A stretch of 63,333 nt of DNA, the filler included, from Choristocarpus tenellus KU-1152 (taxonomy: Eukaryota > Protista > Phaeophyceae), in NCBI GenBank assembly GCA_964200185.2. It is 12 parts of 12 records of this genome, joined end to end, with 100 filler letters (N's around TTAATTAATTAA, not from the genome) between each part and the next. Parts side by side here need not be neighbours in the genome. Positions count along the whole stretch, not along the records: positions 36,978 to 52,581 come from CAXNAD020000965.1; positions 52,682 to 55,381 come from CAXNAD020025524.1; positions 55,482 to 60,207 come from CAXNAD020013323.1; positions 60,308 to 63,333 come from CAXNAD020022853.1; 8 more parts are not named here. One strand, 5' to 3'. This document shows positions 52,334 to 63,333 of the stretch, piece by piece (the first letter of the stretch is position 1; every line of letters begins with the position of its first letter). The notes under the pieces were generated by a model. It was not told the DNA's origin, ran no database searches, and saw only the letters and a list, made by a program, of their open reading frames with translations. Position numbers and translations under genes: made by a program.

Positions 52334-55300
52334 CTATATATATATGTTGAAGTAGGAGGGGATGGGGTTGTGGAGGTGATGGAGGAAGGCAACGACGGCA
52401 CACAAGATAGGCAAGGGCAAGGACCGAATATAGGTGAAGGGATTAACCCTGCTCCAGCAATAGATACCCAGGTTTCGATTTCGCAGAATGGAGAAGGATC
52501 GATAGAGAACGGAATAGGCCCATATGGGGATGAGGTGGAGGTGATCGAGGATGGGAATGGAGGCTCACGAGATAGGCATGGNNNNNNNNNNNNNNNNNNN
52601 NNNNNNNNNNNNNNNNNNNNNNNNNTTAATTAATTAANNNNNNNNNNNNNNNNNNNNNNNNNNNNNNNNNNNNNNNNNNNNCATGAAATGATCCATCCGC
52701 CATTATCATGATCCGCTGTTAATAAAGTCAAAGTGTAGGTCGACGCCGCCTCTAGTATGAAGATTGGCCGCTACGTACATACATACGGCCTCTAACATAA
52801 AATATGATGAAATCGGCTCAACGTAGTGACAACGTGGTGACTGGCCTTGCTTACTAAGTGTGCCAAAATTACCTGATAATAAGTCATTAAAGCTAAAAAT
52901 ATATACGAAGTACAAACTTCGCATATATGTATATAGTATGAAACATGTGTTCGTTCTTGATTGTCGACTTGGTTAGTTTTTTGGTGGGTGTGACCTATCT
53001 ATCCCTTTCTTGTACAAACCACATCACCCTTGAATAAATATTTATAACTAGTGGAAGAAGACGTATGTATGTATTGTAAAATACAATATGTAGTGTATGA
53101 TGCATGTAAGCATGCCAAACCATTACTGGCTCCCCCCCGGGGGGGCCGTCTATCCTTGTACCTTAGACTTGGTCGAGGTCGCTTCCAAATCGTAGCAGTG
53201 CCCTCCACAAGCACCGAAATATTTTTACCAAAAATAGATACGCACTTTCTGCACACCATTCCAGGTCTTGACCAGCCTCAATATTGATGATCGGCTGTTT
53301 ATTATATTTACTCAACTTCAAAGCGGAGATAGTAGTAGTAGTATTCAATTACAGCACCCCACCCCAGCCTCCTCAAAATTCTGGTAGAAGCACAACGTTT
53401 TTATCCATCACTTGTTTGTTTGCCCTTTTTTGCCCTTAATATTAACGTTCCAACTTGATACAAGGTGGTTACCAAGGACTCTCAGGTGCATCCTGTTGGG
53501 CAGGTGAGCAATTGCTTAGTCCAACCTCAACTGGCATTTCAACGCAAAGTTCACTTGATAATCACAGCTTCTTGTATTAATCCTCTACTAGATAATAAAT
53601 AATCCACTCATTTCCTCCAAGCAAAATTTGCCCAACAATAGTCATTTCCATTTCCATTATCTACTGCCTAGTCAATCAAGGTTATGTGTACATGCAGCGA
53701 CACTCCCATGAGGGATTCGTACACAACCCCCTCAAAGAGGCAACTCAATGTGAATGAAAGCAGTTACCTTTGCCTTTCCACCCCCTCTCCAATACCTTTT
53801 AGCTCAAAATAGATAACATGTTGGCATGGATTCTCTTCTGCCACTTCACACGTTTTGTCCCCCTTCCATTATCGTCCACGATGCCCAGATAAGGTTTACG
53901 ACTACTTTCAATACCATCCTCCAGGCCAGAAGAACTCCCGGCCCTTCCTACATAGGGAGAAGGAGCACATGGTAATTCACTCAATGCCCCTTGTATGGGG
54001 GAGGAGCGGAGTATGAGACCATTAATAAAAGAAAAAAAGACCCCGAAACAGTCACAGTCGCAAGCACACACTGTTTATGACTGTTGAGACCTTGCTACAC
54101 AGTTTTTCTTTGTAACCAGAGGCCTCGTAAGAGAGTGACATTGAGGAATAACCAAAGGTTGCTACAGTAGAACTGCTTACGTTACTACAAGGGCAATCTT
54201 TTGTTGTAAATCAAGAAAACACACACAGCAGTACCCTCTCCTCCACTCTATGTCCCAAGCTGTTGACACAAAGTTGATCCTCTAAAGACCACATTAAATA
54301 TCAAAGCTCTGGCTTTCCTGCCATGCAATGCATGGCTTGTCCGAAAAAACGTAAGGCTCGGGGCATTCCGGAACTCCCTTTGAACGTTCTACTTCACCCT
54401 CAAGCTCACATTCGCCCCTAAACAATCCCCTTGGAACACAAAAAATGCACCTCTTCTGTTGGGCATGACCACCTGCTGCCCAACAAATGGGGAAGAAGGA
54501 AGAGAAGGCTGGAATATCATACAGCAATAAAAAAAACTCCAAAAACTTCATCAAGGCAACAAAGACAGTACAGTCCCCCAAAATTACAACCAAGTGTGCT
54601 AAAAACAGAACAAAATAGCACATGCCCAGTGAATACACAAGGAACAAGGCCAACGAAAAATGCTTGACAAAAGTGGTCTCCTCACATGACATGTTCGCCT
54701 CCAAGCCCTCTCTATAACATTCACTCGATCAAAACTCAACCACACCATGGCATCAGATGAGCAACAATAAGGCCTGTCTATACAGCATCTCCGAGCAATT
54801 CAAACACAACCCGCATTTCCCCCATTTCATTGGCTGAAGGGAGCATGTAACTACTCCCACACAATCTGGAAAAATCCCCCTTCAATCAACTGAAAGAGGT
54901 GACATTCCATGCACAGCTCTGAGAGGCACGCATGCGATCTCTGAAACATACAAGCAAGTGGTGTGTGGGCATACTCATGGAAAAAAACACTACTGGACTG
55001 ACTGCGGAAATCAAAAACAGCAAGGGCCATGACCAAGCTCTGCCACAGGGCTTTCATTCCGCCACATCCTATCACCAACCTACTCATCAGATCTTATCTC
55101 GAGCCGTACATCCTGTTCTCAGTCAAAAGCATCCCTCCACTTTATCCATCTTACTCTCCTAGCAGATCCCAGACACATACCGGTGGTTTCATTAAACTTT
55201 TGCACACCATTTGGTGTGCCCTGGGTGTGCCCAGGGACAAGTGACATCTCTACTGCTCGTCACAATTCCGAACTATGTTCTTACCCCAGTCTTCCTCATC

Positions 55301-55608
55301 ACCCCTCATCCAACAGATCCATTCTCAGCTTCTCACCTCTACTGCTACCCCCATTCCCCATCCCCCCTCCTCCTTGCCCCCNNNNNNNNNNNNNNNNNNN
55401 NNNNNNNNNNNNNNNNNNNNNNNNNTTAATTAATTAANNNNNNNNNNNNNNNNNNNNNNNNNNNNNNNNNNNNNNNNNNNNCGCGTAGCTGGGGGGTGCC
55501 TCCGGCCGGTGCGTTGGGTGGAGAGGTGGGGGGGGGGGGGGGGGGGGGGGGGGGGGAAGCAGTACAATATGGGGGGAGGGCAATCCAATGCAAAGGGAAA
55601 TATCTCAC

Positions 55609-56833
55609 TCTTCACAGATTGAGTTGGGGTCCACAACATTCCCAAGGCTCTTGCTCATCTTCCGCCCATCTTCTGCACCAACAAATCCATGTGCAAACAC
55701 CGCCTTTGGCAGTGGCAATCCTGCACTCTTCAGCATGCACGGCCAGATGACGCAGTGGAACCAGGTGATATCCTTTCCAATCATATGAACAGATGCTGGC
55801 CAAAAGGAAGACAGTGAATCCGCAGTGTCCTAATGAAAAAAAAGAAAGAAGGGGATCAATACAAACATCAATACAAACATCAATACAAACAACAAAAGCG
55901 AGCATTAGTAACAATCAACATATTCTTGTACTACTGCACTACATGCTGAATAAAAAATAGTATTATTGAAGGGGAACGGGGTAGGGTTAGAAGACATCCT
56001 ATTGGTCTGCTAAAATTGATATGCATGTGGTACAGGCTGTTCATCCTCTTCATATAAGAGACTCAAACTGTGTCTAATACAGCCCAATCATTGCATGCCC
56101 AAGGGGTAGAGGTGAGTCTTATAAACCATGTTTGAGAAGTGAGGCAGGGGAGGGGAAAGCTTCAGAAAACACACCATTTTTCTCAAATAGTGGTTTGGCC
56201 ATCACACATGATCTTTTATGTAGTAGAGGCATATGGGGGACGGAGGGGTAAGGAGAAGGGCATAACCTGTTGTTGATCTGCTGCTTCCTGGAAAAATCCC
56301 TCTATCTTCAATGAGTACTCTCTATATCCCCGTAATCACATACCTATTATACTGTACTCAACTTAATCAACACATCAAACAGGAAAATGAAATAGAGCCT
56401 TACCCATCAAAAGAAAAATAAATAAACCAGTCAAAAAACATACCAATCCTAGGTCGAGGTTCTTTGACATCCATGGGAATGCCAGTCCCATTAGGTGTGC
56501 ACTCACTATACAACATGCTGAACTTCTCTACAAAAACTCAAGTCTGAATTATACTAAAGAAACAGAAAATGCTACCCCTGTCAACCCCCATTCTTGTTGA
56601 ACAACCAGTTGTTTCACCATGGCCTTAAAACAACAACAATTCAACAATTCAACAATCCATCAACCTTGTGTAGTATATCCTCCTCCTGAAACGGACAATA
56701 GCCGAAGACATACACAAAACAGGACTTATTCATCTCACCAGAGCATTCACGCCTGTTAAGTAGTTTGTAAGAGCATCGAACCACACGTACATCACATGCT
56801 TCTTATCGAATCCTTCCGGAACAGGTATACCTG

Positions 56834-56876
<43 letters not shown>

Positions 56877-59845
56877 AAAGACAAGCAGAACAGATCCACC
56901 ACCGCCAGCAACACGTGTCTCAGGTACGAATCCATGTTGGAAGATGTAATGACGATTGGCAAAAAAAATAAAAACACTTGGAAAACACATGCCATCAAGT
57001 TAGTATTATTATTTCTATTACTACTTTTTAGTATCTACAGTATACTCGTAATGTTAGAGCTGGGATTAGGACTAGAGGTAAACACATAATAGATTTAGCA
57101 TTGCATGCGTCTTAATATACATCTTAATACACATCTTAATATACAAGTATAGTATAGCACACATTCCATCAGATTCAAGCAAAACCCCTACAGCAAAACA
57201 GGTGGCAACTGTTCTCACCCCAATCAAAGGTAGTTCTCGAAACACTGAGATCTCCCTGGTCTTCCGCCTCCAGCCTAAGGAGGATCAGGCTACGATGGGT
57301 CTCTGGTTGTATGAAGCTGGGATTATCCTTGATGTACTGCACAAGCCAGTCCGTGTACCTAGGGACCACATTGGGCCCCAACACCATCCAGAGAAACAGT
57401 TTTGCAACACACGGGGTGGATATGAGAAGAGTTGTAAGTAGGAAGAGGCGGCAATTACAAAAATAAAAAATGTTCAAATAATAATAATAATGATATTTTC
57501 AATAGTAGAATGAAAGTGAAGGCAACTGCTGAAATAAAAATAATAATAATAGTAGTAATCATAATCATAATAATATTGAAAATTTTAAGTGACGCAACTG
57601 CAACAATAATAACACAAACATACAGGCATTGGAAGCTGGAAGGGTATGGATATGGGTATGGGTATGGGTATGGGTATGGCCAACGAGGGTTGAGAGGGGG
57701 GAGCTACTATTAATATGACCAACAGGCTAACAGACAGAAAACTGACAAAAGTACTAATGAAAACAATTATAAAATAAAATAAAACTGGCTTACGCGATCC
57801 AGCACAGAAACTAAAAAAAAACAAGTACACTAGATATTGACGCACTCCAGCACCATGAAATATATATATATATTATCAGGAATTTTCATGCCAGAATAAT
57901 AACGTTCCATGCAGTCTCCACCAATAACCTGAATGGCCAATAATATCAGCAGAAACTCTGGAGTGGAATTGTTACGCACTTGCTGTGAATGTGTGTATAG
58001 CACAGTTGGTTTTGGTAACCCTGTCAAAGGCGGTTTGGACTCTCTTTTAGAGTATGACATGATGACCTCTGTCTACAGTACGTCATAGGCATGTATTGGG
58101 GAACCACTGCCATGGGGAAACTTCCACTGTCATACTTTCTTCACTTCTTCATATTGGGGTCAATTTTTCACACACAGGTCAGGACTAGGGTTAGGGATGG
58201 GAATAGGTTTTTGAATACATCTCAAAATAAAAAAATTAAAAGAGGATAGTGTGGTGCCATCCTTGAGATGGTGGTACTTCTCCAGTGCACACTAGTGTAC
58301 TGCTGCCCCCACAGCAGTGTGAACCTTCTCCCAGAACGTTTTCCGGGCTAGTGAGGAATATTCTTCACATAGGTTAGGGTTAGGTTTGAGGTAAGGTATT
58401 TGTAAAATTTGTGTGAAAAATAACAAAAAATAACACAGTGATGATTTCCCAGTGCACACCAAAATGTCAAAAGGACACTTAAGAGGGTTTGAAAAAAAAG
58501 ACTCAACATAGACAAGGTGCTCTTGAATACTTAGGGTTAGGGTTAGGGTTAGGGTTGAACGGATGGCAACAAGTAGAGGCACAAGACGCACACATTAAAA
58601 CAAAAACAATCTATGCAATTCCAAAAACCAAATCAGTTGTTCATCAGAGGTCACCTTGGTCACATATTGCAACCTCTACCTGGACTTGTGGGTCAGAGAT
58701 TTGAAATAATACTACCATACTCTCACCATAACTCTGATAGCCACAGAGCAAAATAGAGTACTCCAGAGTCAAAAAGAGGAGGCACACTTGGTCAGTGTAG
58801 ACTGTTTCTCTGTATGAATTTGCCGAGATCAAACCCTATAGATGTCAAACTCTTTTTCATGGAAATCTGGTTTTGGTTATCCAAAGTCCAAGGCAGCATG
58901 CAATACATATCTTACACCTGACCTATCCCACCCCATTGCTATACCACAAAACAACAAACCAAGAATGAGGTTACACAACTTCTCTCCAAGAAACAAAGCC
59001 GTGGCAGGCCCAGCACAAATATTCAAGGGAGGAGGAGGAGGAGGAAGAGGAGTGAAAAGCAATGGCATGGCTCAACCCAATGCAAGGACACAGATGAGAG
59101 GCAGTAGAAGTAATGACCAATAATAGTGAAACAATTAGCTTTACAGCATTATAGATAGTATGACAAGTGGTGCAGTGTGAAGTGCCTCTGACCACGGGTC
59201 GGAGCAGTTCCCAGTCGAAAGGGAGCATAACAAAAATAAATTTTCCGGAGTAATGACGCCTTAATGTGAGGAATTTTTTTTTTCATTTCACAGAATGGAA
59301 AAAGAAGGAAAAAGGTTTTTGAAGTTGATTGTGGAAAAGGATGTTGCAGTACATTGAGGAGGGTCATGTCGAAAAAAATAAATATATTAATAGATTTATA
59401 ACTGATTTATAACTGGCTCTATCTAAGAAGGAGCAAGAGATTGAGGAAAGGTGATTACTTTGTCACTACCAATCAATGCACTCACAGTACTATATACTGT
59501 ACTGCATTTGTGAAGGCCTAGACTGGGAAGTAGCGTGGTTACTTATGTATGAAAATTTTATGCGATGAAAATATCTGGATTTTTGTGGTAGTGAAGAATT
59601 TTATTTGAGTTTTGAACCGGTGCTGGTTATGAGGCTTATTGCAATAAGAACACTGCCCTTCGCCTGTACATGTGGTGTACGTGGGGGTGGGGGAGAGAGT
59701 GGGTGAGGTTTACTCACTTGCTCATACAGAAGAAATAGGAGTCTTCACTCATGCGCTTGAGAGGGGTACCAAAGTTGTCCTTAAAATCTGCCTTCTCAGC
59801 ATCACTTTCAGTTACATACCTTTCCTCCCGTTCATCATACCATCC
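55609..59845 (-). CDS. MARS: Methionyl-tRNA synthetase, four internal exons
   Basis: Exons 59845-59718, 57358-57219, 56830-56739 and 55829-55609 join in frame: GWY...SYFF...[16 protein letters not shown]...[13 protein letters not shown]...IGKDITWFH...HGF...[12 protein letters not shown]. Confidence 0.96.
56834..56875. repeat. (CAA)n microsatellite abutting a MetRS splice acceptor
   Basis: Perfect trinucleotide run. Confidence 0.95.
57642..57679. repeat. (GGGTAT)n hexamer repeat
   Basis: About six copies in a MetRS intron. Confidence 0.9.
58531..58556 (+). repeat. Interstitial telomere-like (TTAGGG)4
   Basis: ttagggttagggttagggttagggtt; degenerate copies near 58187 and 58372. Confidence 0.85.
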
Positions 59846-59853
59846 CTACGGTT

Positions 59854-59856
<3 letters not shown>

Positions 59857-59895
<39 letters not shown>
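59857..59895. repeat. (CA)n microsatellite next to a MetRS splice acceptor
   Basis: Perfect dinucleotide run. Confidence 0.95.
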
Positions 59896-59899
<4 letters not shown>

Positions 59900-61133
59900 A
59901 AAAATTGTTGTACCAGAAAACAATTAAGATGAATGAATAGGAGAAAAAAAAAATGTACAGAGGCAGAACGAAAGGTCATAAACAAAAAAAAAATCATTGA
60001 TGCAATCATCACAGTCACATGATATACAGACAAAAAAGAAGATAGATATATCCGTAGCGCACAAAGTGCGTATCCAAACAGTACAAACAAGAAGATCCAC
60101 GAAAAGTGGGGGAGGGGGGGGGGGGCGATGGACAAAAGAAACTTCAAGCGCTATACAAAGGATAAGAGGGGGAGTAAGAATTAAGCAAAGCTCACGACTG
60201 ATGAAAGNNNNNNNNNNNNNNNNNNNNNNNNNNNNNNNNNNNNNNNNNNNNTTAATTAATTAANNNNNNNNNNNNNNNNNNNNNNNNNNNNNNNNNNNNN
60301 NNNNNNNGGTGAAAGAGTTCAGTCCGGTGATTGTGATTGCCCCCTTGAGCAAAAAAGAACTTGGCACCTTTTGACACTTTCACACAACAGTTATTTCAGT
60401 GATGGCGTAGTATGCCCCAACTCCATCCTGGTGTTTGTCCACGGTTTACAATTGACTGTTCCCAATGTCGTTTCTAATTTATTAGAGCATCCATGTAAAA
60501 AGATGTTGCATTTTAGATGCGCAAGTACATACATAATGATTGGTGCTGAACCTATGCAGATGTGATTTGATGACGATTTCTGCGCTCCGTCTGGGAGTCT
60601 CCCATGTCCTTTTTTTACCCCCCCCTCATTGGAGATGATGGTCCATGCTTTTGCATCTGTATCTCCTTGATGGAATTAACAGAATTTCATGGTAAGACTA
60701 GGTAGTCCTTGCCCGTGCCCCTTTTCACGTTAAATATTTGATTTGACGTGGTCATATCTTATACATCGAAATCATGATCGTTCCATTTACCCAGATATGT
60801 TTCATTATCTCACCCCCCTGATCAAGGTGAAGCGGCACTGATTTGATTGCCACCAAATCAACCTTAATCACAAGTTGTAAGTTGTGAGGCCTCACGAAAG
60901 ACACTATTTACTCGACATTTTTCTGAAATATGCAGATATTTTGCATACAGAACTGTATTATTGGAAGACAGTATTTCCATGTTGAGAGACTACTCTTTTT
61001 TCAATACTCATGTCAGTTTTTCTGCGCACACACTTCCTCCATTTCCCATTGACAGCTATTGTTTTGATATCTGCATCAAACCACATAGGGGGTGTGTGAT
61101 GAGAGAGCAATCTTCAAAGAAGGTATACCCTAA

Positions 61134-61393
61134 CAAGTGAAAGTATCTTAGAGGGTACGAGATTTGCCCTGTTTGTCCATTTAGGGCTTGGCGTCCCCTG
61201 GGTTTTTTTATGACGTATTCCTACTCCAAAATGTTTAGGAGTAGGTAAAATGTATACGTTATGGAAAGGTGTGTCCGGAACAAGGATATTGACACTTCCT
61301 AACAAACATAATAGCCAAAATTTCATCAAAATCGCAACATTGGATTTTGGCCCCCAAATGGACGCGGCACTACCCTCTAAGATACTTGGGCTC
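61134..61393 (+). mobile_element. Complete MITE (subfamily B), Harbinger-like
   Basis: Perfect 17-bp inverted core aagtatcttagagggta / taccctctaagatactt, flanked by TAA(C) on both sides. A second copy is at 18750-18877. Confidence 0.85.
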
Positions 61394-61881
61394 TAACGAT
61401 AACCTATCTTGAAGAGTCTGATATTTATATGGCATTTTTTCTTGCATGTTCAAGGTAAATATCTGCTTGAAGTAAGAGCGGGTGGTTTGAGAAAAACTTG
61501 CAAAACCCCCCTCATTCACTTACCACTTGTTCACTCTTTTCACGAGTGATCTCCCGTGGGCTTGTTTTCCCACTTGACTTGTCCTCCTATAGGTCTTCCC
61601 GCTCCCCTTCATTACGAAGAACCTGCCACCTTGTTCCATTTGTTTCACACGTACTCCAATGTTAATCCTCTTCTGTAATTTCTACAAATTGGTGTATCTT
61701 CTTGACGGTCAGAATATTTTATTTGGAATGTTCCTCGATTCATTCTCAAAAGTCAATATTTATCCTGTGAGGTGAAAATTGTGCTACTAATCTCATAATA
61801 TAGATCACTTCACGTAGTTGTTGGAGACGAAGAGGAGTGGTTCGTGCCAGGATAGGAAAACATAGCTGCGGTGGGACCACC

Positions 61882-62271
61882 ATGAGGGGATGGGATTCGA
61901 TGATGCTGTTGGTCGGGATTTCGCTTTGTCATTTGGTGACCACGACCTCTGCTACACAAATTGCAAACCCTCTAGTGCATGCATCCTCCCAACTCGCCTT
62001 TCTAAACGTAGCCCCCTTTTCCCACGGGTCTACCAGCTCCAGGAGCTGTTCTACTTGCCGAGAACAGCGAAACATCCCCCAAGTGATGCCCGATAGTACA
62101 ATGGAGGGAACGGATGATGACATGATCCCTCGTAAGGATTTAGCAGGGCAGGCTGCAGTTGCTTCGCCAGGTCTCCTTGCGTCGCCCTCAATTGCCGCAT
62201 CTACTGATAAGAGGACAGTTCTACTAACAGGTGCAAATAGTGGCATTGGACTCGATGCAGCTAAGAAACTG
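61882..62271 (+). CDS. First exon of a plastid-targeted short-chain dehydrogenase/reductase (protochlorophyllide reductase-like)
   Basis: accaccATG, signal peptide, S/T/R-rich transit region, then the Rossmann motif TVLLTGANSGIGLDAAKKL|gtgaga. Confidence 0.82.
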
Positions 62272-62849
62272 GTGAGAGTCATGCGGCCTACTATGTTGTC
62301 GTTACTCTCATGCTCATCTTCACCCTGCGACTTAGGAGCTTTAAAGAGTCGGATTTATCCCATATCATAGCAGTAACGTCACGATTGCACTTTGTGAGTG
62401 CTTTCAGTGAGTGGAGTAGTCTTGGGTGTTGGCGCATACGATTCTTGGCCTCTCACCAAACCTTAATCTTGGTGTAGTACAACGCCTCTTGGCCGTATGG
62501 TCACAACCGTGGAAGCTGCGGCCTGTTAGAGTTCTTGTGATATGAGTTGGTTCCATCCTCGACTGTTGAGACGTCGCTCTTGGCGAGTCTCTTGGTTGTG
62601 CTATGTCCCTTTTAAGTGTTAAGTGATTGCCTTTGCTCGCCATTTTCGAGGTCCATTCGGCATTACCGCAACAACTCTCTGGTTCCTTTTCTATTTAACT
62701 ACCGCTTTGGTGTCTGGAAGAGCCTAAACTGAGCAAGAGGGAGGATTTCGAAAGCCGTCATGTTTGAGCTGTAAGGATAGCATTCGCTTGACGTCTCGGA
62801 TGGCCTTGTTTACATTCATTGGTGGCATATCTCCTTGAGGGCCTACAAT

Positions 62850-63078
62850 ACATACTTGGATAGTACGTTCTATATGAAAGGAATCGTGATTATAGCAGGT
62901 TCCACATTTATATACTTGGATAGTACAGTCTCTATGAAGGAATCGTGGTTGTAGCAGGTTCCACATTTATCCACCACTAATATTTCTCCAATAGTTGGCC
63001 CATTTTGGAGCGTGGCATATTTGGAGGGTACATTCTCTGTGAAAGGAATCGTAGTTCTAGTTGGTGACACATTTATGT
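62850..63078. repeat. About 59-bp degenerate repeat, three copies
   Basis: tacttggatagtac...gaaggaatcgtg.tt.tagcaggttccacattta occurs twice in tandem, with a diverged third copy near 63020-63078. Confidence 0.8.
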
Positions 63079-63333
63079 ACCGATATTCGTTTCTTTATCT
63101 AGTTGGTCCATTTAGAGCACTGCAGACTTGATGCCTTCCCCATGTGTGTCATGGACATTACAACCCAATCGAACCTAACTGGAGGGCACTTGCAGACATT
63201 GTCATAAGCTTTGAAATCAATATTTAGTGAACTCCAAGGAAACTCATCAAGAGACACCTAATTCTGTTCCGCTGCCCAGACAACCCCACAAGTACTCATT
63301 GTTGACCTTTAATGAGCCTTTGCTCTAAATTAT

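Noticed and set aside
53129-53148. ggctcccccccggggggg-type palindrome as a terminator or Helitron end
   Set aside because: Simple C-run/G-run with no CTRR end and no second copy.
56444-56506. Possible extra MetRS exon
   Set aside because: The flanking exons already join in phase 0 with a normal MetRS sequence, and the peptide has no MetRS similarity.
1-63333. Reading the gene set as a functional cluster
   Set aside because: The genes lie on separate contigs joined artificially and have unrelated housekeeping functions; linkage is unsupported.

Overview
Eukaryotic nuclear DNA, most likely from a photosynthetic stramenopile such as a brown alga. This is inferred from long GT-AG introns, bipartite plastid-targeting presequences and scattered TTAGGG-like motifs. 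The window is 12 contigs joined by identical artificial 100-nt linkers (44 N + TTAATTAATTAA + 44 N), so neighbourhood across linkers is not evidence of physical linkage. Recognisable spliced gene fragments: polo-like kinase, methionyl-tRNA synthetase, a front-end fatty acid desaturase, the C-terminus of a cytochrome bc1 core/MPP-alpha-like protein, a plastid-targeted SDR, another plastid-targeted protein, a divergent DUF1415-like protein, and a Ser/Pro/Thr-rich secretory-type protein punctuated by RRL motifs. The rest is mostly decayed transposable elements (Copia, LINE, mariner, two related Harbinger-like MITE subfamilies, a SINE-like relic) and simple or tandem repeats. The best candidates for new biology are the RRL-punctuated precursor-like protein, an orphan antisense gene interleaved with it, and a Cys-rich spliced gene with an in-frame TGA at a CxxC position. 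None is proven from sequence alone. No CRISPR array, rRNA or intact tRNA was found.
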